Positions 27,592 to 37,490 of a stretch of DNA of 64,000 bases are shown one piece after another (within the stretch, counting starts at the first letter, position 1; each line of letters opens with the position of its first letter). Source of the stretch: an uncultured Halobacteriales archaeon (lineage in GTDB: Archaea > Halobacteriota > Halobacteria > Halobacteriales > SKSH01); contig CAZCYF010000001.1 of NCBI GenBank assembly GCA_964502835.1, forward strand, positions 6,666-70,665, in the 5' to 3' direction. The notes below the pieces were generated by a model. It made no database searches. It was given only the letters and a program-made list of their open reading frames with translations, and was not told the DNA's origin. Position numbers and translations under genes: made by a program.

Positions 27592-28335
27592 TCACCGTCG
27601 AACCACCGGTAATGACGCGCTCCCAACGACGAAGGCCACCACCGCCGTGGCGAACAGGATCACCAACGTGAGGGCCTCCGGCGATCCACCTGCCAGCACC
27701 GCGCGGCTTGCCCGGGCGAAATGGGTAACCGGCGAGAGCACGAGGACGTCTGCAGCCCAGCCTGGTACTACCGCGGGCGGAAGCAACGACTCGGACAGGA
27801 ACACGACCGGAAAGCCGATCGCGTTGGCCACCGCGATCGCCCCGTCCTCCGAGTCGGCGAGTCGGCCAACGACCACGCCGAGTCCCGCGAACGTTACCAG
27901 GACTGACAGGGCGAGTGGGACGAGCCACGGGGAGTACGTGGCCGATGCCGAGGTCAGGTGTTCGCCCACAACCAGGACCACGACCGCGGGGCCGAGGGCG
28001 AGTGCACCGGCCACGATGATTCGGGCAAGCAGCCACTCCCACCGGCGCAGCGGGGTGGTTGCGCGCTTTTCGAGGCGGCCGGCGGCTCGATCCCGTGGGA
28101 CGGATCCGGACAGGCGCGACAGCGGCGTGAAGACGACCAGTAAGGCGACGTATCCCGGCAGGTAGTACGCGGCATCCGCCCCGAGAAAGGATCCGTCGCC
28201 GGCGCGAATGGCCAGGGCGAACGCCAGCACGACCAGCACGGGGAAAATCACCGTGAAGAACAGCGCCGTCCGACGCCGGACGAACGCCCGCGTTTCGAGC
28301 GCTATCTCCGCCCTGAGCCGATGGGTGACGCTCAT
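27592..28335 (-). CDS. ABC-2 type transporter permease
   Basis: Six hydrophobic helices. ATGA overlap with the upstream ATPase gene. Confidence 0.75.
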   Translation of the reverse strand: MSVTHRLRAEIALETRAFVRRRTALFFTVIFPVLVVLAFALAIRAGDGSFLGADAAYYLPGYVALLVVFTPLSRLSGSVPRDRAAGRLEKRATTPLRRWEWLLARIIVAGALALGPAVVVLVVGEHLTSASATYSPWLVPLALSVLVTFAGLGVVVGRLADSEDGAIAVANAIGFPVVFLSESLLPPAVVPGWAADVLVLSPVTHFARASRAVLAGGSPEALTLVILFATAVVAFVVGSASLPVVRR

Positions 28336-29222
28336 GAGCGCTCGTCCTCCTCGCTCAGCGCCAGGAACAGATCTTCCAGGGGTGGCCGTTGCCAGTGTAT
28401 CCCCGACACCGACCCCTCCGCCGCGACGACGGCCTGAACCACCTCGGGCAGGGCGTCGGCACCGATCCCGTCGATGACGAGGCCATCATCGGTCACCTGT
28501 CCGCGATCGAGGTGGTGCTGGAGCAGTTCGGGCGTGTCCGTGGCGACGACGAGCCGGTGGCTCCCGAGGTGGTCAGCGATGACCGACTCCGCCGCGCCGG
28601 CCGCCACGAGGCCACCCTCGTGGAAAAACGCGACGCGGTCGGCCAGCCGTTCGGCCTCGTGCATGTCGTGGGTGGTCAACAACAACGTCCCATCGTCGAG
28701 CAGTTCGGGCAACACGGACCAGACGGCGCGCTTGCCGGCCGGGTCGATCTCTGCCGTGGGCTCGTCGAGGACGAGTAACTCTGGGTCGCTGATCAGTGCG
28801 ATCGCGAGGCACGTCCGCCGTTGTTCGCCCCCCGACAGGCGATGATACCGGCGGTCGGCGACCGCGGCCAGACCGAGTTCGTCGATCAACACACCAGGAT
28901 CCCGTGACCGGGCATAGAGCCCACCATAGTAGTGCAACACTTCGCGGGGCGTGACTCGGCCCGGCGGGTCGAACGCCTGTGGTAAGACCCCGAGGCGTTC
29001 GCGATCGAGCGACCCCGGGGCGTCATCGAACACCGAGAGCCGTCCGGTGTCGGGTTCGAGGACGCCGGTCACGAGCCGCACGAACGTCGTCTTGCCGGCC
29101 CCATTCGGGCCGAGGAGCGCCGTCACCGACCCGGTCGGAACGGTCATCGAGACGTCGCTGAGGGCGACGGTCTCGCCGTACGCGAACCCGATCTCCTCGG
29201 CCTCGATCGCCGGCGGCGTCAT
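28332..29222 (-). CDS. ABC transporter ATP-binding protein (ABC-2 exporter type)
   Basis: Walker A GPNGAGKTT, signature LSGGEQRR, Walker B LLVLDEPT, H-loop TTHDM. Confidence 0.9.
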   Translation of the reverse strand: MTPPAIEAEEIGFAYGETVALSDVSMTVPTGSVTALLGPNGAGKTTFVRLVTGVLEPDTGRLSVFDDAPGSLDRERLGVLPQAFDPPGRVTPREVLHYYGGLYARSRDPGVLIDELGLAAVADRRYHRLSGGEQRRTCLAIALISDPELLVLDEPTAEIDPAGKRAVWSVLPELLDDGTLLLTTHDMHEAERLADRVAFFHEGGLVAAGAAESVIADHLGSHRLVVATDTPELLQHHLDRGQVTDDGLVIDGIGADALPEVVQAVVAAEGSVSGIHWQRPPLEDLFLALSEEDERS

Positions 29223-29268
29223 TCGCGTGGCGATGGCCGGGCCCGCCGCCTAAGCCTTCGGATGTGAG

Positions 29269-29460
29269 TCATCGATCGCCGCCACCGACTGCGTACCAGA
29301 TGGCGAGGAGCCCCAGGCCAATTCCCGGCAACAACGGCAGGATGACGAAGGCCACCCGATACGGCAGATTCGCGGGCCACAGTCGCATGGCCAGTGGCAC
29401 GCCAATCAGACCGACGATGACGGCCACGACCACGAGCCAGTCGCGGGTGGCGTCGGCCAT
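29269..29460 (-). CDS. Small two-helix membrane protein (63 aa), function unknown
   Basis: Two clear hydrophobic helices (WLVVVAVIVGLIGVPLA and VAFVILPLLPGIGLGLLAIWY). The ATG lies 3 nt after the upstream dehydrogenase stop. No family recognised. Confidence 0.5.
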   Translation of the reverse strand: MADATRDWLVVVAVIVGLIGVPLAMRLWPANLPYRVAFVILPLLPGIGLGLLAIWYAVGGGDR

Positions 29461-29463
29461 CGG

Positions 29464-30504
29464 TCACCGCTCGCTGTCGGGGATGACGACGACCTTGCCA
29501 ACCCCCTCGCGATCCTCGAGAAGCCGGTGGGCCGCGTTCGTCTCGCTCATCGGTAGCTCCGCGCGAACGACCGGTTCGAGCTCGCCGGCCCAGACTAACT
29601 CGAGGACGCGTTCGGCCGGGCCAGGATTGGCCATCGTCGAACCGAGGACCGACAGTTGGTTCCAAAACAGTCGGCGCACGTTCGTCTCCGGCAGTCCGCC
29701 GGTCGTCGCGCCACAGGTCACGAGCGTCCCGCCCCGGACGAGACATTTCAGTGAGTCGGCCCAGGTGGCCTCGCCGACGTGATCGACGACAATGTCGACG
29801 CCGCGGCCGTCGGTCTCGGCCTTGACGACCTCCTTGAACGATTCCGTCTCGTAGTTGATGACCACGTCGGCCCCGAGGTCGGCCACGGTGGCCAGTTTCT
29901 CGTCCGTCCCGCCCGTGGCGAACACCTGGGCACCCGCGTGGGCGGCGATTTGCACGGCCGCGTGGCCGACACCACCGGTCGCCCCCTGCACGAGCACGCG
30001 ATCGCCGGGGTCGATGCCGGCACGGGTGATCAGCATCCGCCATGCGGTCTGAAAGACCAGCGGGGCGGCCGCCGCCGTCGACCAGTCGACCCCCTCCGGG
30101 ACGCGGGTGAGATTCGCCGCGGGCACGGCGGCCGCCTCGGCGTGGACGCCAGGGACGTGTTCGCCGATGACGTGAAAGCGCTCACAGAGGACGCGATCGC
30201 CGTTGCGACAGTGTTCGCAGTTGTCGCACCAAACGGCCGCAAGCAGGGCGACTCGGTCACCCGGCTCGAAGCGGTCCACGTCCGCCCCAACGTCCGTGAC
30301 GACGCCCGCCCCGTCGCTGCCAGGGATGTGCGGCATGTCGAGGTCCATCCCGGGCAGGCCCTCGCGCGTCCAGAGGTCGAGGTGGTTCAACGCGCCGGCC
30401 TTGATATCGACGAGCACCTCGCCGGCGCCGGGCTCCGGGTCCGAGACCGCCCCGTACTCGATGACCTCACGCCCGCCATGGTCGGTGAACTGCACCGCGT
30501 GCAT
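29464..30504 (-). CDS. Zinc-type medium-chain alcohol dehydrogenase / quinone oxidoreductase family protein
   Basis: GSDGAGVV catalytic-zinc region, structural-zinc CDNCEHCRNGDRVLC, and nucleotide-binding VQGATGGVGHAAVQIA. Start trimmed to the ATG at 30504 (MHAVQF). Confidence 0.85.
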   Translation of the reverse strand: MHAVQFTDHGGREVIEYGAVSDPEPGAGEVLVDIKAGALNHLDLWTREGLPGMDLDMPHIPGSDGAGVVTDVGADVDRFEPGDRVALLAAVWCDNCEHCRNGDRVLCERFHVIGEHVPGVHAEAAAVPAANLTRVPEGVDWSTAAAAPLVFQTAWRMLITRAGIDPGDRVLVQGATGGVGHAAVQIAAHAGAQVFATGGTDEKLATVADLGADVVINYETESFKEVVKAETDGRGVDIVVDHVGEATWADSLKCLVRGGTLVTCGATTGGLPETNVRRLFWNQLSVLGSTMANPGPAERVLELVWAGELEPVVRAELPMSETNAAHRLLEDREGVGKVVVIPDSER

Positions 30505-30554
30505 GCTGGAGGCGACCGAGTCACCGGGGAAAATCCTTTGGACCTGAGGGCAAC

Positions 30555-30896
30555 TCACGCGCTCGTGTGGACCCGGTCGACGATGGCGTCGACGATCGCG
30601 TCGCGATCGACGAGCGTACGATCCACGGCGAGGTCTGCCTGGGCGCTGGCGAAGTCCGGGAATCCCTCGTCGGCGTAGAGCACGATCGCGATGCGATCGT
30701 TGAGGTCGCGGGCAACTGGAACGAGCGAGGCCTGGCCGGCTCCCGTCAACAGCAACACGGCCGCCGCGGAGCCACCCGCTGCCTCGAGGTCGGCACCACC
30801 GGCGTCGGCGGCGACGCGGGCCACCTCGAGGTCCGCCGCCTCGAGGGCGTCGGCGAGGCGATCAGGATCCGTCCCGACGACGATCACCTCACTCAT
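30555..30896 (-). CDS. Small acidic alpha/beta protein of unknown function (113 aa)
   Basis: Alternating hydrophobic-strand and helix pattern (VIVVGTD..., AVLLLTGAG..., [10 protein letters not shown]). The ATG at 30896 overlaps the 3' end of the GMP synthase gene by 8 nt. I cannot verify the family assignment. Confidence 0.55.
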   Translation of the reverse strand: MSEVIVVGTDPDRLADALEAADLEVARVAADAGGADLEAAGGSAAAVLLLTGAGQASLVPVARDLNDRIAIVLYADEGFPDFASAQADLAVDRTLVDRDAIVDAIVDRVHTSA

Positions 30897-31806
30897 ACTC
30901 GATCGTGGCCGGTGGTTTGTGTGTCACGTCGTACACGACGCGGGCGACCGCATCGATCTGACCGGTGATCCGACTCTGGAGCCGCTGCAACGTCGACCAC
31001 TCCAGCTCCTGTGCCCGGGCGGTCATGCCGTCACGACTCTCCACGGACCGCACGGCGACGATCCACCCGTGAACCCGATTGTCACCTTTCACGCCCGTCC
31101 CCTTTGAGAGCACGGCGGCGAAGGCCTGCCACGGGTCGTACGCCTCGAGTTCGTCCTCGACGATGGCGGTCGCCTCGCGGGCGACGTGGAGCTTTTCCTC
31201 GGTGACCTCGCCGACGATCCGGACCGCCAGTCCCGGGCCGGGAAACGGCATGCGTTCGGCGGTGATCGATGCGAGGCCGAGCTCGCGGGCCACTTCGCGG
31301 ACCTCGTCCTTGTACAGGTCGCGCATCGGCTCGACGATCGTTTCGAAGCCGACGCGGTCCGGTAGCCCGCCGACGTTGTGATGGGACTTGATGTTGCCCT
31401 CGCTCTCGATGCGGTCCGGGTAGATCGTCCCCTGGACGAGCACCGCCGCATCGACCTCCTCGGCGATCGACTCGAAGGTGCGGATGAACCGCTCGCCGAT
31501 GACGTGGCGCTTGCGCTCGGGGTCGATCACGCCCGATAGCGCCTCGACGAACGCCGACTGCGCGTCCACCACCCGCAGGTCCTCCATGTGGCCGAAGGTC
31601 TCACGGATCTGATCGGTTTCGCCCTTGCGCATCAACCCCGTGTCGACGTAGACGGGGGTGAGCTGGTCACCGACGGCGCGATGGGCCAGCTCCGCCGCCG
31701 TGGACGAATCCACCCCGCCGGACAGGGCGATGAGCGCCCGACGGTCCCCGATGGCCGACTCGAGCTCGGCGATCGCCTCCTCGATGAATGCCGCTGGGTC
31801 GTCCAT
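30889..31806 (-). CDS. guaA: GMP synthase (glutamine-hydrolysing) subunit B, ATP pyrophosphatase
   Basis: PP-loop ALSGGVDSS and a C-terminal dimerisation-domain ending KPPATIEYE. Start trimmed to the ATG at 31806. The track ORF extension to 32148 runs into pyrG. Confidence 0.9.
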   Translation of the reverse strand: MDDPAAFIEEAIAELESAIGDRRALIALSGGVDSSTAAELAHRAVGDQLTPVYVDTGLMRKGETDQIRETFGHMEDLRVVDAQSAFVEALSGVIDPERKRHVIGERFIRTFESIAEEVDAAVLVQGTIYPDRIESEGNIKSHHNVGGLPDRVGFETIVEPMRDLYKDEVREVARELGLASITAERMPFPGPGLAVRIVGEVTEEKLHVAREATAIVEDELEAYDPWQAFAAVLSKGTGVKGDNRVHGWIVAVRSVESRDGMTARAQELEWSTLQRLQSRITGQIDAVARVVYDVTHKPPATIEYE

Positions 31807-31810
31807 CGGT

Positions 31811-33460
31811 TTAGACCTGCACCTCCTCGGTCGGGCGGGTCTCTCGGGGGTTGGCCGCCTCGAGGAAGCGAACGAACGGCGGGCTCGGCCGGGTCGGCCG
31901 GGATCGAAACTCGGGGTGGAACTGCGTCCCGAGGAAGAAGGGGTGGTCCTCGAGCTCGAGGATCTCCATGCGCGGACCGCACCACCCGGAAAAGCGCAAT
32001 CCGGCCTCGGTGAGGTCATCGATGTAGTCCGGATTGACCTCATACCGGTGGCGATGGCGCTCGACGCAGCTGGTGTCGCCGTAGATCTCGTGCGCGAGCG
32101 ATCCTTCCTCGATCTGCGTCTCGTGGGCGCCGAGTCGCATCGTGCCACCGAGGTCGTCGATGTCTTGCTGGTCGGGAAGCAGGTCGATCACCGGATGGGG
32201 CGTCTCGTCGTCGACCTCGGCGGAGTGCGCCCCCACCAGGCCGAGGACGTTCCGGGCGTATTCGACGACGGCCATCTGAAAGCCGAGGCACAGCCCAAGC
32301 AGCGGCACACCCTCGGTCCGTGCGTATTCGACGGCGGCGATCTTCCCGCCGGTCCCCCGGCTGCCAAAGCCACCCGGCACGACGATCCCGTCGACGGTCG
32401 ACAACGGCGTCTCGTGGACGTCGTCGAGTTCGTCGCTCGCGACCCAGGTCACCTCGACCTCGGTCCGGTGTTCGAAACCGGCGTGCTTGAGCGCCTCGTG
32501 GATGGACATGTAGGCGTCCTCGAGGCCGTACTTGCCGACGAGCGCGACCTCGACCGTGTCGGTCGGCTCGCGCGTGACCGTCTCCCGCCAGGTCGTATCG
32601 CGACGGCCCGCCGACAGCGCGGGCTCAACGAGATCGAGGTGCTCGAGGACGTAGTCGTCCAGGCCCTCGTCCTCGATCACGAGGGGGACGTGATAGATGT
32701 CCTCGACGTCGGGGTTCGAGAAGACTGCCCGGGTGGGGATGTCACAAAAGAGCGCGATCTTTTCGCGTGTGGACGGGTCGAGTGGATCCTCACACCGGCC
32801 GACGACGACGTCGGGCTGCAGGCCGATCGACCGCAGCTCCTTCACGCTGTGTTGGGTGGGCTTGGTCTTTTGCTCGCCGTTTTTGGAGTACGGAACCAGC
32901 GTCACGTGTGTGAAGAGCACGTCACCGTCGGCCTCCTCGTTGGCGAACTGGCGCAACGCCTCGAGATAGGGCATGCCCTCGATGTCGCCGACCGTCCCGC
33001 CGACCTCGACGATGCAAACGTCAGTCCCGACGGCCGCCTCGCGGATGCGGCGCTTGATGTCGTCGGTGACGTGCGGGATGATCTGCACGGTGCGACCAAG
33101 ATAGTCGCCCGAGCGCTCGCGCTCAATGACGTGGCGGTAGGTTTTGCCGGTCGTCACGTTGTGGTCGGCCGTCATGTCGGCGTCGAGGAAGCGCTCGTAG
33201 TTGCCAAGGTCAAGGTCGACCTCGGCGCCGTCTTTGAGGACGTACACCTCGCCGTGTTGGTACGGGTTCATCGTTCCGGCATCGACGTTCAGGTATGGGT
33301 CGATCTTGACGGCGGTCACGTCGAACCCGGCGTTCGTGAGCAATCGCCCGATACTGGCCGCCGTAATCCCCTTCCCGAGACCGGACATCACCCCGCCAGT
33401 GACGAACACGAACTTGTTGCCCAGGTCGGGGTCGTAGCCGGTCCGAAGTTCGTCGGGCAT
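31811..33460 (-). CDS. pyrG: CTP synthase
   Basis: N-terminal [14 protein letters not shown], the amidotransferase nucleophile region GLCLGFQ, and the HRHRYEVN motif. Confidence 0.95.
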   Translation of the reverse strand: MPDELRTGYDPDLGNKFVFVTGGVMSGLGKGITAASIGRLLTNAGFDVTAVKIDPYLNVDAGTMNPYQHGEVYVLKDGAEVDLDLGNYERFLDADMTADHNVTTGKTYRHVIERERSGDYLGRTVQIIPHVTDDIKRRIREAAVGTDVCIVEVGGTVGDIEGMPYLEALRQFANEEADGDVLFTHVTLVPYSKNGEQKTKPTQHSVKELRSIGLQPDVVVGRCEDPLDPSTREKIALFCDIPTRAVFSNPDVEDIYHVPLVIEDEGLDDYVLEHLDLVEPALSAGRRDTTWRETVTREPTDTVEVALVGKYGLEDAYMSIHEALKHAGFEHRTEVEVTWVASDELDDVHETPLSTVDGIVVPGGFGSRGTGGKIAAVEYARTEGVPLLGLCLGFQMAVVEYARNVLGLVGAHSAEVDDETPHPVIDLLPDQQDIDDLGGTMRLGAHETQIEEGSLAHEIYGDTSCVERHRHRYEVNPDYIDDLTEAGLRFSGWCGPRMEILELEDHPFFLGTQFHPEFRSRPTRPSPPFVRFLEAANPRETRPTEEVQV

Positions 33461-33527
33461 ACCGTGCGTGCTCGGCCATCGGCCAAAACGATTTCGACCG
33501 GATGGTCCGTCGGGGAACCGTTCGGCA

Positions 33528-33537
33528 CCCTTTTTAC
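33528..33537 (+). promoter_or_regulatory. TATA-like element upstream of thrS
   Basis: CCCTTTTTAC is centred about 27 nt upstream of the thrS ATG (33561), suggesting a leaderless transcript. Confidence 0.35.
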
Positions 33538-33560
33538 CAGCGGTGGGCGAGCGGTGTCAT

Positions 33561-35396
33561 ATGCGGCTGCTGTTCATCCACTCGGACCACCTCGAGTTCG
33601 CCGCCACGGAGGAGGTTGGCGATCTCGGCGAGACCGAGGGGGTCCCCCTGGAGGGCCGGATGGAGGAGTGCGTCGCCACGTTCATCAGCGTCGAGAGCCC
33701 CGACGCCGACGACACCGCCGCCGTCGTCGCCAACGCGGCCGACGAGATTCGCGACGTGACCGGCCAGCTCCAGACCGACCGGGTCGTGTTGTATCCGTAC
33801 GCCCACCTCAGCGACGACCTGGCCGACCCGGCGGTCGCGACCGGCGTGATGCGCGACCTCGAAGCCGCCCTCGAGGCGGACTACGAGCTCTTACGGGCAC
33901 CCTTCGGCTGGTACAAGTCGTTCGAGGTCGCCTGCAAGGGCCATCCCCTATCGGAGCTGTCGCGCCACGTCGCCGCCCACCGCGACGACGCTGAACCAGA
34001 TGCCGCGACGGCGGAGTCGCCACCGAGTGACTGGCACGTGTTGTTCCCGGGCGGCGACCTGGTCGACGCCCGTACCGCCAAGGCCGACGTGGGTGCGGAC
34101 ATGCGTGCCTTCATCGAGGACGAGGTCGAGGGACAGGCCGCCTCGGCGGGCGCTGAACCGCCCCACCTCGAGTTGATGCGCGAGAAACAACTCGTCGATT
34201 ACGACGAGCTCTCAGATGCCGGCAACCTCCGATGGTACCCGCGCGGGAAGCTGATCCGGGACGTGTTGATGGAGTATGTCAACGAGCTGGTCGTCGACTA
34301 CGGCGGCATGCCCGTCGAGACGCCGATCATGTACGACCTCGGCGCACGGGCGATCGACGAACATGCGGGGAAGTTCGGAGAGCGACAGTACCGCTTCGAG
34401 TCGGGCGATCGCCGGATGATGCTTCGCTTCGCCGCCTGCTTCGGGCAGTTCTCGATCATGCGCGACATGTACATCGCCGAGAAGGACCTGCCCTTGCGGA
34501 TCTACGAGATGTCGACGTACTCGTTCCGACGGGAGCAACGCGGCGAGCTGGTCGGCCTCAAGCGCCAGCGGGCCTTTACCATGCCCGATATGCACACGGC
34601 GACGCGCGACATGGACCAGGCGCGCGATGAGCTCCGTCGGCAGGCCAACCTCGCGCTCGAGACGGGCGATGACCTCGGCTTCAACTACGAGCCCGCGATT
34701 CGCCTCACCGAGGCGTTTTTCGATGCCAACCGCGAGTGGGTCGAACGCGTCGTTGCCGAGCTCGACAAGCCGACCCTCATCGAGGTGCTCCCCGAACGGC
34801 ACCACTACTGGTCGGCCAAGATCGACTTCGCCGTTATCGATGGGCTCGGCCGACCGATGGAAAATCCCACCGTCCAGATCGACGTCGAGAGTGCCGAACG
34901 GTTCGACATCACGTACCACGACGGTGATGCGGAGCACCATCCGCCAATCTTGCACTACTCACCGTCGGGGAGCATCGAACGCGTCACGGGCGCCCTCCTC
35001 GAAACCGCCGCGAAGGAGGACACTCCGCGGTTGCCAACGTGGCTCTCGCCGACGCAGTTGCGGTTTATTCCCGTCACCGATGACCACGAAGGATACTGTC
35101 TCGAGCTGGCCGAGCGGTTCGAGGCGGCCGGCGTTCGGGCGGACGTCGACGACCGCGACGAATCGGTCGGCAAGCGAATCGCGCTCGCCGAGACGGATTG
35201 GGTCCCGTACTACGTCGTCGTGGGCGATCGCGAGGTCGACGGCGACACCCTCGGTGTCAACGTCCGTGCCGCGGACGAGGAGGTCCAGATGCGTCCCGAG
35301 GAGCTCGAGGTGCAGTTGGCCGACGAGCTCGAGGGCATGCCCCACCGCCGCCGGTACCTTCCTCGCCGCGTCAGCCGCCACCCGCGGTTCGTCTAG
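33561..35396 (+). CDS. thrS: Threonine--tRNA ligase (archaeal type with N-terminal editing domain)
   Basis: Archaeal ThrRS N-terminus MRLLFIHSDHLEF, a class II core (RFESGDRRMMLRFAACFGQF, FRREQRGELVGLKRQRAFTMPDMH) and a C-terminal anticodon-binding domain. ATG verified at 33561. Confidence 0.9.
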   Translation: MRLLFIHSDHLEFAATEEVGDLGETEGVPLEGRMEECVATFISVESPDADDTAAVVANAADEIRDVTGQLQTDRVVLYPYAHLSDDLADPAVATGVMRDLEAALEADYELLRAPFGWYKSFEVACKGHPLSELSRHVAAHRDDAEPDAATAESPPSDWHVLFPGGDLVDARTAKADVGADMRAFIEDEVEGQAASAGAEPPHLELMREKQLVDYDELSDAGNLRWYPRGKLIRDVLMEYVNELVVDYGGMPVETPIMYDLGARAIDEHAGKFGERQYRFESGDRRMMLRFAACFGQFSIMRDMYIAEKDLPLRIYEMSTYSFRREQRGELVGLKRQRAFTMPDMHTATRDMDQARDELRRQANLALETGDDLGFNYEPAIRLTEAFFDANREWVERVVAELDKPTLIEVLPERHHYWSAKIDFAVIDGLGRPMENPTVQIDVESAERFDITYHDGDAEHHPPILHYSPSGSIERVTGALLETAAKEDTPRLPTWLSPTQLRFIPVTDDHEGYCLELAERFEAAGVRADVDDRDESVGKRIALAETDWVPYYVVVGDREVDGDTLGVNVRAADEEVQMRPEELEVQLADELEGMPHRRRYLPRRVSRHPRFV

Positions 35397-36430
35397 TCCG
35401 TCCGCACTGCACCCGTTCCGGGCGTCTCGGGGTCGAGGGTGATCGCGCCGTCATCGGCCACCGGACCGGCGTACGGATCGTCCTCGAGGAGTAACGCGCC
35501 GTCGAGGTCGGCGTAGTCAAGCAGGGGTGCGAGCTGGGCACCCGCGGCGATCGACGCGCTCGATTCGGTCATGCAGCCGAGCATCACGCCGAGCCCGTGG
35601 GCCCGGGCAGCATGGATGATGCGTCGTGCCTCAAGGAGACCGCCACATTTCATCAGCTTGAGGTTCGCGATGTCGGCGATGTCCGCCACGTCGGGGACAT
35701 CGGCGGCCGTAATACAGCTTTCATCCGCCGCGATCGGGATCGGCGAGGCGGCCGTGACCGCGGCCATCGAGTCCGGTTGCTCCGCGGGAACCGGTTGCTC
35801 CAGAAAGGCCACGTCATGGTCGTCGAGAAACTCCGCCATCGCGACCGCCTCCTTGGGACCCCAGGCCTCGTTGGCGTCAATGCGCAGGTGCGCCTCCTGC
35901 GCTGCCTCACGCACCGCCGCCAGCCGGGGCCGGTCCGCATCCGTCCCGAGTTTGACCTTCAGACGGGTTCGGCCACGTTCGACCGCCTCGCGGGCGTGGT
36001 CGGCCATGGCGGCGGGCGTGTCGATGCCGATCGTGTACGAGCTGTGCAGGCCCGTCGAGGGTAATCCCCAGAGCCGATGCAGGGCCAACCCCACACGCTT
36101 GGCGATCAGGTCGTGAAGCGCGATCGAGATGCTCGCGCGAGCGGCGGCGTTTCCCCGAATGGCGTCCCGGAGGGACCGTTCGATTTCGACGACCGGCTCG
36201 GGGTCCTCGTATCGCTCGACGACGTCGATGAGCTCGGGGAGGACCGCCTCGACGGTCGCGGCCGTCTCGCCGAAGTGACGCGAGGGCGCGGCGGCCCCGA
36301 ACCCCACGTGACCGGCCCCATCCCGGATGGACACGATGACGTTGTCCGTGCGTTCGACGGTTCCTCTGGCGATCGTGAAGGCCCGTTCGAGGGGGAGATC
36401 GACGCGCTCGAAGCGCACCGAGAGGCTCAT
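35393..36430 (-). CDS. Enolase-superfamily epimerase/racemase (dipeptide epimerase-like, possibly DgcA-like)
   Basis: Mandelate racemase/muconate lactonising enzyme pattern: KVKLG, IDANEAW, LEQP, ADES, KLMKCGG. The ATG at 36430 overlaps the upstream gene stop (ATGA). Confidence 0.8.
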   Translation of the reverse strand: MSLSVRFERVDLPLERAFTIARGTVERTDNVIVSIRDGAGHVGFGAAAPSRHFGETAATVEAVLPELIDVVERYEDPEPVVEIERSLRDAIRGNAAARASISIALHDLIAKRVGLALHRLWGLPSTGLHSSYTIGIDTPAAMADHAREAVERGRTRLKVKLGTDADRPRLAAVREAAQEAHLRIDANEAWGPKEAVAMAEFLDDHDVAFLEQPVPAEQPDSMAAVTAASPIPIAADESCITAADVPDVADIADIANLKLMKCGGLLEARRIIHAARAHGLGVMLGCMTESSASIAAGAQLAPLLDYADLDGALLLEDDPYAGPVADDGAITLDPETPGTGAVRTD

Positions 36431-37443
36431 GGCTCGATCACCGCGGCGAGGTCCGCCGCACCGCCCCTGACCGGGTCCGTACATGGGACGCCGACGTCGG
36501 CCTCAGCCGCGTTGATGGACGCGGCCGCCTCCGCCTCGGTCAGCTCGGCCGTGTTCAGGGCAATGCCGACGACGTCGGTCGAGGCGACGGGGTCGGCCAG
36601 CTCCTCATAGAGGCTGGCCACCGTCGCCAGATCGGGCAACTCGAACGCCTCGTAGCCGTGGACCGTGGTCCGACCGGCCTCGTGACACAACACCATCGCG
36701 TCAGGCATCGCCCCGTGAAGGATCGAACACGTCACGCCCGAGTACGCCGGATGGGTGATGCTCCCCTGCCCCTCGACGACGAGGACGTCATGGTCGTCGG
36801 CCCGCTCGAGCAGCATCCGTTCGACGGCACCGGCGGCGAAATCGCTGATGACGCGGTCGATGGCGATCCCCCAGCCCTCGATCATGATACCGGTCTGGCC
36901 CGTCGGAATCGCCGCCGCGTCGACGCCGCGCTCGCCCAGCGCGTCGACGAGCTCCATGGTCGTGGTCATCTTCCCCGTCGAGCAGTCCGTCCCCACGGTG
37001 AGGACCACAGACACGTCCAGGTCGCGGGCGATGCCGTCACTGACGGACAGATCCGATGGGGGTACGCGGACGTCCCGCAACGTGACGTCGTGTTCGGCCG
37101 CCAGGGCCGCAAACTCGTCGTCCTCCGAGAGGAGATAGTGCAATCCCGCAATGACGTCACAGCCGGCTTCGATCGCCGCGCGCACGTCGGGGCGCCAGGT
37201 CGGTTCGAAGCCGCCTCCGATCGGGGCCACCCCGATGATCAACGCGTCAACCGGATCGGGGACCGATCCGAAGGTGTCGACGATCGAGGCGTCCTGGACG
37301 TCGGAGAGATGGTCTCGGACCCGGTCGCCGGCGTTGGCGCGGTCGATGACGGCGACGATGTCGTGATCGCTGTAGCGCAACACGCCCACCGCCGTCTTCG
37401 CCCGGTCGGGGAACTTGTCGTGGGCGAGGAGTGCGACCCGCAT
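36427..37443 (-). CDS. DUF1611-family protein (possibly DgcN-like N-acetyltransferase)
   Basis: N-terminal Rossmann-like MRVALLAHDKF...TAVGVLRY and a P-loop-like GTDCSTGKMTT, as I recall for DUF1611. Start trimmed to the ATG at 37443. Confidence 0.7.
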   Translation of the reverse strand: MRVALLAHDKFPDRAKTAVGVLRYSDHDIVAVIDRANAGDRVRDHLSDVQDASIVDTFGSVPDPVDALIIGVAPIGGGFEPTWRPDVRAAIEAGCDVIAGLHYLLSEDDEFAALAAEHDVTLRDVRVPPSDLSVSDGIARDLDVSVVLTVGTDCSTGKMTTTMELVDALGERGVDAAAIPTGQTGIMIEGWGIAIDRVISDFAAGAVERMLLERADDHDVLVVEGQGSITHPAYSGVTCSILHGAMPDAMVLCHEAGRTTVHGYEAFELPDLATVASLYEELADPVASTDVVGIALNTAELTEAEAAASINAAEADVGVPCTDPVRGGAADLAAVIEP

Positions 37444-37490
37444 GGGTGTCCCCTCCAGGTCACGTGGCATGAAGGTACCACCTCCACGGT

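Noticed and set aside
21903-29222. Two ABC-2 exporter pairs flanking the methylmalonyl-CoA mutase genes, considered as a functional island
   Set aside because: The two ATPases are not close paralogues by eye. The genes lie on different strands in separate transcription units, and the mutase/MeaB/B12-subunit trio is a standard arrangement. There is no evidence of linkage beyond adjacency.
31658-33994. 778-aa ORF on the plus strand across pyrG and into thrS
   Set aside because: It is antisense to pyrG (strong motifs on the minus strand) and out of frame with thrS. Its R/G/P/D-rich composition shows no recognisable domain.
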